Positions 12,684-24,139 of a stretch of DNA of 64,000 nucleotides are shown here, in pieces. The DNA is from an uncultured Thermoleophilia bacterium (lineage in GTDB: Bacteria; Actinomycetota; Thermoleophilia; UBA2241): the NCBI GenBank assembly GCA_963707855.1, contig CAVPRQ010000013.1:327301-391300 (forward strand), given 5' to 3'. The notes below the pieces were generated by a model. The model made no database searches. It was not told the DNA's origin and saw only the letters and a program-made list of their open reading frames with translations. Within the stretch, counting starts at the first letter, position 1, and each line of letters opens with the position of its first letter. The position numbers and the translations under genes were made by a program.

Positions 12684-13805
12684 CTACAGCGGATACCGAA
12701 GGATGGCGGCCAGCTCCCCGCCGTGCGCGAGGTCCTGCTTGCGGACCCCGAGCACGCGGGCGCCGGTGGCGAGCGCCCGCCGGGCGATCTCGTCGACGAC
12801 GCCGTGGGCGCCCGGCTCCCCCTCGTCCGCGAAGCGAACCGCGCCGTCCTCTTCGTCCACCACACCGGGGACGACCGCGTCGATGTCCACGAGGAGCACG
12901 GCCACGGCTCCCCGGGTGGCCGCGCGCGCCGCGACGGCGATGTCGGTCGTCGCGCGTCCCTGGTTCGTGCGGCGCTCGAACAGCGCGGCGAGCTCCGTGA
13001 GCTCCGCGGCGAACAGCTCGTCGAGCACGCCCCGCGCTGCCTGCGCGAGCTCGGCGTCGGTCAGCTTCTCGGGGTTGCCCTCGATGCCCCTCTGCGCGAG
13101 GAAGGGGTACGTGGTCACCGCGCGGTAGATGGCGTCGAGCGGGGGCGTCGCGGCGAGGATCAGCGGCGTCTCGCGGCCGGCGAGCAGGTCGCGCAGCGCC
13201 TGGTCGACCTGCCGCGCGTACTGCCGCATGCGCACCTTCTGGCCCTCCGAGCCCTGGAGGCGGCCGGAAGGTGCGCGGTCGGTGATCGATGCCTTTCTTA
13301 CGGCGCCGGCGACGTCCCTCGGCAGGTCGGGGACGTCCACCGTGTAGGCGGGTATGTCGGCCGACACTTCGACGAGGCGGACCGATCCCTGGGCGAGGGC
13401 GAGCACGAAGGCGGTCTGCGGGACGGTGATGCTGCGCAGGAGCGGCTTGAGGAAGAAGCGGTCGGAGGCGTGCGCCGCCTGCTCCAGGTTGTTCGGCAGG
13501 CGGAAGGTCGTCACGTGCGTCGGCGAGGCGAACAAGGCCAGGCTGTTCGCCTGATACCTCCAGAACGGTCCGTCGTCGGCGAGGTCGTCGAGCGCCTCCT
13601 GCACGGCGCTCAGAGCGTCGCGGCCGGCGCCGCGGGCGCGCAGCGCCTCGAGGCCCTCGCGCGCCAGGTTGCCGAAGGCGATGCGAGTGCGGTCGCCGCT
13701 CGCCCCGACCGGGTCCGTGGGGAGGTACAGGGAGAGACAGTGGGGGTCGCGCACCTCGGCCAGGGTCTCGAACTCGGCGCGCGACGGGATGTCGACGTGC
13801 AGCAT
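12684..13805 (-). CDS. Bacterial archaeo-eukaryotic release-factor-like (baeRF) protein
   Basis: CLSLYLPT N-terminus, FFLKPLLR, C-terminal LAAILRY. Confidence 0.75.
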   Translation of the reverse strand: MLHVDIPSRAEFETLAEVRDPHCLSLYLPTDPVGASGDRTRIAFGNLAREGLEALRARGAGRDALSAVQEALDDLADDGPFWRYQANSLALFASPTHVTTFRLPNNLEQAAHASDRFFLKPLLRSITVPQTAFVLALAQGSVRLVEVSADIPAYTVDVPDLPRDVAGAVRKASITDRAPSGRLQGSEGQKVRMRQYARQVDQALRDLLAGRETPLILAATPPLDAIYRAVTTYPFLAQRGIEGNPEKLTDAELAQAARGVLDELFAAELTELAALFERRTNQGRATTDIAVAARAATRGAVAVLLVDIDAVVPGVVDEEDGAVRFADEGEPGAHGVVDEIARRALATGARVLGVRKQDLAHGGELAAILRYPL

Positions 13806-14009
13806 GGGCGTGGCTCCTCGTGGAAGGTCTGGCGGTCGGCGTGCATCTACCCGCTCGGCCGGTCTTCGAGACCACGGCTCCTCGGCTCGCACCCGGGACG
13901 ACTGCGCTGGCGACGACGGGCGGGAGCAGCGTGCCCCAGAGGTCGCCCGTCATTGCCCCGCCCGCACCGTGAGCCGAGGCACATTCTCGCGGTGTCTGCC
14001 GCCGATGAC

Positions 14010-14037
14010 TCACAGAAACGTCACAGGGGACTCTCAG
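14010..14037 (+). promoter_or_regulatory. Triple direct repeat TC(A/T)CAG with 11-bp period; candidate OmpR-family box
   Basis: TCACAG 14010, TCACAG 14021, TCTCAG 14032; intergenic. Confidence 0.5.
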
Positions 14038-14073
14038 GTCAACGTGAGGCCGTTGGCACACAATGACGGCGGC

Positions 14074-14247
14074 ATGTACGGGCAGATCAGGAATCGCGAG
14101 CAGCTTGCGGGCACGCTCTTTGAAGCGGCCGACATGCCCTTCCCGCCCTACGTCACCCGCGGGGTCATGCGCCTCACGGAGGACGAGGCTGTCGCCTTTC
14201 TCTCCACCCTGCTGGACATCCGTCGGCTGCCAGAGCGGAACGCTTGA
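14074..14247 (+). CDS. Small hypothetical protein (57 aa)
   Basis: MYGQIRNREQLAG...PERNA; protein-like composition; TGATG overlap with next ORF. Confidence 0.45.
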   Translation: MYGQIRNREQLAGTLFEAADMPFPPYVTRGVMRLTEDEAVAFLSTLLDIRRLPERNA

Positions 14248-14411
14248 TGGACGCCAGGCGCGCTCGCCTCAGTCCCGCCGTCCGTGAGCTGCTTGAGCTG
14301 TGGGACGAGCAGCTCCTTTCCGTGTGGCTTGAGGCCCAAGTGAAGGACGAGTGGCAGGGGCATGCGCCGAGCGGGTCCATCTGGCCGGCCCCTGCGCCGA
14401 AGCCGTCCTAG
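14247..14411 (+). CDS. Small hypothetical protein (54 aa)
   Basis: MDARRARLSPAVRELLELWDEQLLSVWLEAQVKDEW...; starts within the stop of the previous ORF. Confidence 0.4.
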   Translation: MDARRARLSPAVRELLELWDEQLLSVWLEAQVKDEWQGHAPSGSIWPAPAPKPS

Positions 14412-14472
14412 CCAAGCGTCGGATCTCGGCAGGGGGGCCTGCCCGGCACCTCGGTGCCGAAAGCCGCGGCCG

Positions 14473-14902
14473 TCACGGCTCGCAGACGACGTCCTTCTCG
14501 AAGCGCATCTTGCACATCGCGTACTCCTCCGGCACGGCGATCGGGTAGTCGCCGGTGAAGCAGGCGCGGCAGAACTGCGTCTCGGGAAGGCCGGTGCTGG
14601 CCTGGAGGCCCTCGAGCGTGAGGTAGTGCAGGGTGGTGGCGCCGACCTTGCGGCGGATCTCGTCGACGCTCATGTTGGCGGCGATGAGCTCGGCGCGCGT
14701 CGCCATGTCGATGCCGTAGAAGCAGGGCCACTTGATGGGCGGCGAGCTGATGCGCAGGTGGACCTCTTTGGCCCCGGCGCCCATCAGCATGTCGACGAGC
14801 TTGGTGGTCGTGTTGGCGCGCACGATCGAGTCGTCGACGACCACGAGGCGCTTGCCCTTGATGACCGACGTCAGCGGGTTGAGCTTCATGCGGATGCCGC
14901 GC
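14473..14902. repeat. Second copy of the 430-bp direct repeat (purF 3' end)
   Basis: Matches 4954-5383 at about 96%. Confidence 0.9.
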
Positions 14903-15905
14903 TGGCGCAGGTCGTCGTCGGGCTGGATGAAGGTGCGGTAGACGTAGCGGTTCTTGATGAGGCCCTCGGCGTAGGGGATGCCGGCGGCGTTGGCGTAGCC
15001 GATCGCCGCCGGCATCCCCGTGTCGGGCACGGGGATCACGAGGTCGGCCTCGACCGGCGCCTCGAGGGCGAGGTGGCGGCCCATCTGCTGGCGCGCCTCG
15101 TGCAGGTTGCGCCCGGCCATCATGCTGTCGGGCCGGGCGAAGTAGATGAACTCGAAGATGCACAGGGCCGGGCGCGCGCCCTCGAGCTCGACGCGCGCGC
15201 TGCGCAGGCCGTGCTCGGCGTCGGCGATGACGATCTCGCCGGGCGCGATCTCGCGCTCGAACTGAGGCGCCGATGATGTCGAGCGCCGAGGTCTCGCTGC
15301 TGATCACCGGGTGGCCGTCGAAGCGGCCGAGGACGAGCGGCCGCACGCCGTACGGGTCGCGGAAGCCGACGAGAGCGTCGCCCGAGAGGACGGCGGCCGA
15401 GAAGGCGCCGCGGATCTTGCTGACGGCGGTGCGCACCGCGCCGAGCAGGTCGCCCTGGGCCTCGTGGGCGATGAGCGCGGTGATGACCTCGGTGTCGGTC
15501 GTCCCGGAGAACTTGACGCCCTGCGCGACGAGCTCGTCGCGCAGCTCCGTCGTGTTGACGAGGTTGCCGTTGTGGCCCAGGGCGATGACGTCGCCGTTGC
15601 GCGAGCGCACCAGCGGCTGCGAGTTCTGCCAGTGGGACGAGCCCGGTCGTCGAGTAGCGCACGTGGCCGATGGCGTGCTGGCCGGAGAGGCTCGTGAGCA
15701 TGCGCTCGTTGAAGACCTGCGAGACGAGGCCCAGGTCCTTGATCACGGTGACCTGGCCCTCGTCCGAGACCGCGATGCCGGCGCTCTCCTGGCCGCGGTG
15801 CTGCAGGGCGTAGAGGCCGAAGTAGGCGAGGCGGGCGACGTCGTGCCCGGGGGCGAAGACGCCGAAGACGCCACAGGCGTCGCGGACATGCATGTCGTCA
15901 GGCAA
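14473..15905 (-). CDS. purF: Amidophosphoribosyltransferase (frameshifted)
   Basis: [45 protein letters not shown]. Confidence 0.95.
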
Positions 15906-18218
15906 GTCGGTCGGGCAATGACTCGTAGGCGGCGCAGAGCGCGCTCACCGGGGCCGAGAACAGCTCGCTCCCCCGCATGGTACACCGCAGGGGCTCGCCG
16001 GTCACGACGCCCAGGCGCCGGTGCGGGACGTCGGCGAGCAGCGCCTCGAGCGCCTCGACGTCGTTCGGGGCGACCGTGACGACGACGCGCGTCGGCGCCT
16101 CGCCGAACAGGGCGAGGTCGGGCCGCCCGGCGGCGCCCTGCGGCTGCCCCGGCGCTGCGAGCAGCGCCTCGGGCAGCTCGATCTCGGCGCCGCGCCAGCG
16201 GCCCGCGCCGCCCTGCGTCGCCTCGGGGTCGCCGAAGCGCGCCCCGCCGTTGACGCCGCTGCCGATCGCGCACTCGGCGAGGGCGACGGCGAGGCCGCCC
16301 TCGGCGCAGTCGTGGGCGCTCTTGAGGAGGCGGCGCCCGATGGCGGCGCGCAGCGCCGCCTGCAGGCGCCGCTCGGCCTCGAGGTCGACGTCCGGCACGC
16401 GACCCTCGACCACGCCGTAGTGCACCTTCTGGTACTCCGAGCCGTCCATCCAGGCGCGCGTCGGGTCCCGAGCAGCAGGACGAGGTCGCCCTCGTCCTTG
16501 AAGCTGTGGTCGATGTGCACCGACACGTCGTCGTACAGGCCCAGCATGCCGACCATCGGCGTCGGGTAGATCGCGTTGCCGAAGCTCTCGTTGTAGAAGC
16601 TCACGTTGCCGCTGACGACCGGCGTGTCGAGCGCCTCGCAGGCCTCGGCCATGCCCTCGACCGCCTGCTCGAACTGCCAGTAGATCTCGCCCTTCTCGGG
16701 GTTGCCGAAGTTGAGGCAGTCGGTGACGGCGACCGGCAGCGCGCCGGCGCAGCTCAGGTTGCGCGCCGCCTCGGCGACCGTCGCCTTGGCGCCGCGGTAC
16801 GGGTCGAGGTAGCAGTGGCGGCCGTTGCAGTCGGTGGCGAAGGCGATGCCGCGGGTCGTGTCCTTGATGCGCAGCACGGCGGCGTCGCCGCCGGGGATCT
16901 GCACGGTGTTCGCCTGGACGATGTAGTCGTACTGCTCCCAGGCCCAGCGCTTGTCGGCGATGTTGGGCGCGGCGAGCAGCTCCGCCAGCGCCGCGCCGAG
17001 GTCGTCCGCCGGCGGATACGCGGCGTCGGTCACGGCGACCGGGTCGTCGACGATGTACGCCGGCTTGACCGACGGCGTGCGGACGACGGGCGACTCGTCG
17101 GCGAGCCGGCGCGCCGGGATGTCGCCGACCACCTCGCCGTGCCAGTGGATGCGCAGCATCTTCGAGTCGGTGACCTCGCCGATGACGGTGCAGTCGAGGT
17201 CCCAGCGCTCGCAGACCTCGCGCACCGCGTCGAGCTTGCGCCGGCTCGACGATGCTGAGCATGCGCTCCTGGCTCTCGCTGATCATGATCTCCCAGGGCT
17301 CCATGTCGGCCTCGCGCAGCGGCACGCGGTCGGCGTGGATGTCGAGGCCGACCATGCCCTTGCTCGCCATCTCGGAGCTCGAGCTGGTGAGGCCGGCGGC
17401 GCCGAGGTCCTGCATGCTCACGACCTGGTGGCCGTGCAGGAGCTCGAGGCAGGCCTCGATGAGCTTCTTCTCGGTGAACGGGTCGCCGACCTGGACCGAC
17501 GGGCGCTTCTCCTCGAGGGTCTCGTCGAACTCCTGGCTGGCGAGCACGCTGGCGCCGCCGATGCCGTCGCGGCCGGTCTTGTTGCCGATGAGCACGACGT
17601 GGTTGCCGATGCCGGCCGCCTTGGCGCGCACGATCTGGTCGGTGCGCAGGATGCCGGCCGCCATGGCGTTGACGAGGCAGTTGCCCTCGTAGCTGGGCTC
17701 GAAGTAGATCTCGCCGCAGACGGTCGGGATGCCGAGGCAGTTGCCGTAGTGGGCGATGCCGCCGACGACGCCGTCGAGCAGGTAGCGCTGGCGCGGCTCG
17801 TCGAGCTCGCCGAAGCGCAGCGAGTCGCACGAGACGATCGGCCGCGCCCCCATGGTGAAGATGTCGCGCACGATGCCGCCGACGCCGGTCGCGGCGCCCT
17901 GGAAGGGCTCGACCGCCGACGGGTGGTTGTGGCTCTCGACCTTCATCGCGATCGCCCAGCCGTCGCCGATGTCGATGATGCCGGCGTTCTCGCCCGGGCC
18001 CTGGAGGACGCGCGGCCCGCTGGTCGGGAAGCGCCCGAGGATGGGGCGCGAGTGCTTGTAGCTGCAGTGCTCGCTCCACATCAGCGAGTAGATGGCGAGC
18101 TCGACGTACGTCGGCTCGCCCCCCTGGATCTCGCAGATGTGGGCGTACTCCTCGGCGGTCAGGCCGAGCTTGACGGCGGCGTCGACGTCGGCGCGCCGGC
18201 TGACGTACTCGGCCGCGC

Positions 18219-18222
<4 letters not shown>
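15898..18222 (-). CDS. purL: FGAM synthase subunit PurL (frameshifted)
   Basis: [45 protein letters not shown]. Confidence 0.96.
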
Positions 18223-18956
<734 letters not shown>

Positions 18957-18964
18957 GGCTCGCC

Positions 18965-19219
18965 TCACCCCTCGTCGATGGCGAAGGTGAAGTCCTCGAT
19001 GATGGGGTTGGCGAGCAGCTTGCGGCACATCTCGTCGACCTCAGCCTCGGCCTGTGCGGCCGTCGTCCCCGCCGGCGGGTCGAGCTTGAACTCGATGAAC
19101 TTGCCGATGCGCACCGCGCTCACGCCCTCGAAGCCCAGGTTCGGAAGGGCCCGTTCGACCGTGGCGCCCTGGGGGTCGAGGATGCCCTGTTTGGGCGTGA
19201 TGTAGACGCGGACGTTCAT
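18965..19219 (-). CDS. purS: FGAM synthase subunit PurS
   Basis: [19 protein letters not shown]. Confidence 0.96.
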   Translation of the reverse strand: MNVRVYITPKQGILDPQGATVERALPNLGFEGVSAVRIGKFIEFKLDPPAGTTAAQAEAEVDEMCRKLLANPIIEDFTFAIDEG

Positions 19220-19401
19220 CGGTTCACCTGCCCGGGAGACGCTGTGGGGACGGGGTTCAGTCTACCGGAACGCGGCATGATGCGCGCCGCCCTGTCTTGG
19301 CCGCCGCCGGCAGGCCCGGGAGGTCGACGAACGCGCGGCCCGGCGACGGTACGGGGCTCGCGGGCGCGGGCGCTGCTCGCGCCGGCCCGGCCATCCGCCG
19401 C

Positions 19402-21225
19402 TCAGGCGGGCGCCGCGCCCACGTGCCTCAGGATGAACTCGACCGTGCGCCGGTCGTCGTCGACGCGGTGCTCCGTGCCGCTGATCTGGTGGCCTTCGTC
19501 GGGGTAGATGATCGCCTCGCACTCGACGCCGTTGGCGCGCACGCCTCGGCGACCTCATCGACCTGGCCGGGAGGGCAGCGCGGGTCGAGCGCGGCCGCCA
19601 TGATGAGCAGCGGCGCCTTGATGCGCTGCAGGTGGTTGATCGGCGAGTAGTACTCGAGGCGGGCTCGGTCGGTCGGTGAGGTCGCCGCTGTTCTCCCGGT
19701 CCCACCAGACCAGGTCGTCGCGCACCGCCGGGTCCTGTTGGGCGAAGATGAAGTCGAAGAAGGGCACGCCGGCGACGCCGCAGGCCCAGAGGTCGGGGAA
19801 CTGGGTGAGCAGCGCCATCGTGTGGAAGCCGCCCCAGCTGGCGCCGGTGCAGGCGATGCGCGCCGGGTCGCAGCCCTGCGCGACCAGGATACGCGTGGGC
19901 ACCGGCCACGTCCTGGATCTCGCCCTGGCCGACGAGGTAGCGGTTGGCGAGCTGCCAGGTGCGGCCGTAGCCGTCGCTGCCCCGGTAGTTGGGGTGGATG
20001 ACCATGCAGCCGGCGTCGAGGAACGCGTCGCGCAGCGGGTCCCACTCGTTGGAGTGATGCCACGTCGGGCCGCCGTGGATCGATCACCACGCCGGCGCCG
20101 TTGTGCCTGTCGGCCTGAAGAGCAGAGCGGGCACGTCGGCGAGCCGGTCGAGGCTGCGGTAGCGCACGTGCTCGCCCGTCGGTGGACTCGGTGCGTCGGC
20201 GAGGTCGTCGGGAAGGCCGTGCGTGAGGCGCGTCACGCGACCGTCCGCGAGCTCGACGCGGAAGAGGTCCGCTGGGCACGCCGGGTCCGCTGAGGACGAG
20301 GATCAGTGCGGTGCCGTCGGGCGTGAAGCGCGGGTGGTAGTGGTTGCCGCGGCCGGCGCTGAGTGTGCGTGACCTTGCGGTCGCGAGGTCGAGATGCCGG
20401 AGCGCCGTCTCGGCCTCGTGGTCGGCGAGGAAGACCAGGGCGCGGCCGTCCGGCGACCACACCGGGTGATGCGCGTCGCGGTCGCCGTCCCAGGCCCACT
20501 CGACCGTGTCGCGTCCCACGTCGTAGAGCCCGATGGCGTAGCGGTCGTCGAGCACGCCGGTGAAGGCGATGCGCTTGCCGTCGGGCGACCAGCGCGGGTG
20601 CCAGGCGAGGACCGGGTGGTCGCCGCCGATCGCGCGCATCTCGCCGCCGTCGACGTCGGCGATGAACACGGCCGCGTCCTGACCCTGGGTGTCGCACTGG
20701 AAGGCGATGTGGCGTCCGTCGGGCGACCAGTCCGGCGCCCAGTCGTTGAAGCAGTGGTCGGTCGAGCAGGCGGATGTCGCGCCGCGCGGGCTTACGGCGG
20801 CGGGCATGACGGCCGCCGCGTAGCTCTCCCCGTGGTCCATCGCGAACGCGAGCCGCGTGCCGTCCGGCGACAGGTCGAAGTCGAGCGAGATCGAGAGGCT
20901 CGGGGGTGTCGGGGAGCAGGTTCTCGAGCGTCGCCGTCGGCAGGTCGTAGCGGTAGATGTCGAAGCACTCCGAGCCGCGGTCGTCGCGCGCGAAGTAGAG
21001 GTAGCGGCCGTCGCGCGAGTACTTCGGGGCGCCGCAGGGGTCGTCGATCTCGACGAGGCGCCGTGGCGCCGCCCGTCCCCGGCTGTCGACGGTGAAGACC
21101 TGCCAGTCGCCGCCCTGGCGCCACTCGAAGGCGACCGTCTCGCCGTCGGGCGAGATGGAGAAGGCGCGTCCCTCGGCGGCGACCTCGGGGACCGCGGCGA
21201 GTCGTTCGATGAGCGTGCTGCCCAC
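19402..21225 (-). CDS. S9 family peptidase with TolB-like beta-propeller (several frameshifts)
   Basis: Repeated WSPDG; GASWGG nucleophile motif, DPRCP, YPDEGH. Confidence 0.85.
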
Positions 21226-21580
21226 GCTGGCCCCCCTTGGCGATGTCCGACGCTGCGTAGGATATCGCGGCGGGCGCCGGCGGTGCGCCGTGTCCGGCTG
21301 ATCGTCGCCGTCGCGGCCGATCGTCACCGTCGCCCCGGGTGCAACGTCACCGTGCCGAGTCGCCGCTTCATACCCAGGGTGCTTGACGGCGCCGGCGAAG
21401 CGCGCCCGGCGCGCCGCGGTCTCCACCGCCGGGCTGACGACGGCCGCTGTCGTGTCGTCTACAGTCACGGGGCCACGATCGCCAGCGGCGCTGACGCTCT
21501 CGCGTCCCACCGGTGATCAGGGTCACCCGGCTGCGGCCGGAAGGATGGATCGGTGACACCTGGTCCTGGGAGGCTCCGCC

Positions 21581-22268
21581 ATGGCTCATGCCGACACCGA
21601 CGAGGCCGCGGGCGCCTGCGTGGCGGCTCCCCCTCGACCGATCGCGTCGCCCCCCACCCCCATCCCTCCTGGGGGGCCGGCGGCCCGCGCCAGCGGGCCG
21701 CCGGCCGGGTCCTTCGCGGCGACGGCGGCCCCGTCCTTGCCGACGGCCGCCGCGCCCGCGCTCCTGCTCGAGCCCGACCCGCTGCTGCGACCGGTGGCCG
21801 AGAACGCCGTGCGGCAGCTCGGCTTCGAGCCGGGCTCGTCCCTGCGCCCGTTCTCTTCGTGAACCTCGGTGGTCTCAAGGGCTGCCCGTGGCGTTCCGCC
21901 CCGGAGGGCGCGATCGTCGTCGGCTACGTCGCGGGCCGTCCTCTCACCGCCGCGGCCCACTTCTTGCACGACTGCTGCGCGCAGGTGCTCGAGCTGCGCG
22001 GCACCGCGCGCGGTCCGCAGTTCACGGCGCTGATCCTCCCGCCCGCCCTCGCGACGGCACCGCTGACCGTGCGGGAGGCCGACGTCCTCGCGCTGGTGCT
22101 CGCCGGCGCGACCGATCGCGCTGGCCGCTGCCGCGCTCGGCGTCGCGCCGGCGACCATCCGCACGCACGCCCGCGCCCTGCTTCGCAAGGTCGGGGCGGC
22201 GGACAGACACGAGCTCCGGCGCCTCGATGTGCGGTCGCCCGCCGTCGCCGCCCCTCTGGGGGACCTGA
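21581..22268 (+). CDS. LuxR-type HTH regulator with degenerate receiver-like domain (frameshifted, end uncertain)
   Basis: GGAGG SD; LLLEPDPLLR; LTVREADVLALV...LGVAPATIRTHARALLRK. Confidence 0.65.
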
Positions 22269-22528
22269 TGGCCGCCCCGTTGGGGACCTGTGCGCCGCCC
22301 CGTTCGACCGCTCGTCTGCGGACGCCTACCCCGCTCTCCCGGCGTCCGCTGCGCCGTGGTCGCGGCGCCTCCGTCAGGTTTGCGCGCCTTCCCGCCGAGG
22401 TTCGCGCAGGATCACCCCGTGGTCGCACCCCGTCGCTCAGGGATAATGGGCCGGACCGAAGTACGGTCGCGAGCAGCGGCGCGGCGCGCGACGCGCCCGC
22501 CGACACGATCGACTGGGGTGGGGAAGCC

Positions 22529-23960
22529 ATGCAGGCCGTTCTCGAAGTCCTGACAGCCGACGAACAGGCGCAGGTGCACGAGCGCACGCTCAAGGTGCTG
22601 TGGGAGCACGGCATGCGCGTCGACCCGGACGAGGGGCGGCGCGCCCTGGCCGCCGCCGGCGCCCAGGTCGACGAGGCGACGCGCATGGTGCGCTTCCCCC
22701 GCGCGCTGGTCGAGGAGGCGCTCCGCCTCGCCCCGAAGCGGTTCTCCCTCGGGGGGCGCCGCGCCGGACTTCTCCTTCCCCCTCAACGCCGGCGGGTTCA
22801 CGCTGCTCGCCGACGGCGGGGCGACGACGCTGCTCGACCGCCGCACCGGCGAGCGCCGCGCCCCCACGCGCGAGGACTGGATCGAGGCGACGACCCTCAT
22901 CGACGCCTTCGACGACGTCGGCCTGTTCTGGTCGCTCTGCCACCACCCGTCCGACGACCAGGGTCTGCACGGGCTTCGTCGACTACCTGACGGACATGTT
23001 CGCGACCTTCGGCAAGCACGTCCAGGACTCGTTCGGCGAGCCGGCCGTCGCTCCGTGGGTCCTCGAGGTGCTCGACATCGTGTTCGGCGGCCGCGACGAG
23101 GTCCGGCGGCGCCACCCGTTCTCGTTCCTCATCACGCCGACCTCGCCGCTGATCATCGAGGCCGACTACACGGGCACGTGGCTGGCGATGCGCGGCTGGG
23201 ACATCCCGGTCGCCGTGATGCCCATGCCGCTCATGGGCGCGACGGCGCCCGGCAGCCGCCTGGGCACGGTCCTCACCGCCAACTGCGAGGTCATCGGGAC
23301 GCTGTGCCTGGTCCAGGCCGCCGCCCCGGGCACGCCGTTCATCTACGCGCCGGTGCTGGCGACCATGGACCCGCGGACGGGTCGCTACGGCGCCGGCGCG
23401 ATCGAGCAGGGCGCGATGAGCCTGGCGGCGATCGCCATGGCGCGCTACTACGGCCTGCCGGTGGAGGCCTCGGGATCGAGCACCGACGCCTTCGAGCCCG
23501 GCGCCCAGGCGGCCTACGAGAAGGCGGCGATGGGGCTCATGGTCACCATGGGCTGGCCGGACATCCTCGTCGGGCCGGGTCTGCTCGGCGGGGCCATCAT
23601 GCTGAGCTTCGAGCAGCTGGTCATCGACATCGAGATCTTCCGCCTCGCGCGTCAGGGCCGTGCCGGTGTGCCGGTCGCGCGACGAGCTCTGGCTCGACGA
23701 CGTCCTCACCCGCGTCGGCCCCGGAGGCACTTCATCGGCGAGCCCTCGACGCGGCGCAACATGCGCGCCGGCGAGTGGCTGCTGAGCGACTTCGGCAACC
23801 GCGACACGTTCGAGACGTGGCAGGCGGCCGGCGGGCTCAGCACGGTCGAGGCGGCGCGGGCCGGGTCGAGGAGATCCTCGCCGCGGAGCGCCCGCCGGGC
23901 CTCGACGAGGCGAAGCTGGGCGCCCTGCGCGCGCTGGCCAAGCGGGCGGCCGACGCCTGA
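22529..23960 (+). CDS. MttB-superfamily methyltransferase, non-pyrrolysine (frameshifted)
   Basis: VHERTLKVL, MGATAP, YYGLPVEASGSSTD (sense codon at Pyl-equivalent site), EQLVIDIEI. Confidence 0.88.
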
Positions 23961-24139
23961 ACCCGCGGCGGGCCGCCGACGGGCTCAGCCGCGGGGCGGC
24001 GAGCTCGGGCGCGCGCCGGACCGGGCGTGACCCGCCCCAGCCTCTGCGTGCCACGAGCCGCGTCTGTCGCGGGCGACGCGGTCGCGGCGTCGTACCGGCT
24101 GCCGCGGAACGGGGCGATCTCGGCCAGCGCGACGCCCTC

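Noticed and set aside
14012-14042. Third MerR-type promoter (TTGACC on the minus strand)
   Set aside because: No credible -10 at 19 bp (TTCTGT) and a weak dyad; the direct-repeat reading fits better
22229-22990. Apparent in-frame fusion of the LuxR HTH to the MttB-like protein
   Set aside because: The linker is non-protein-like, mttB has its own SD and ATG at 22529, and one indel would remove the regulator's stop
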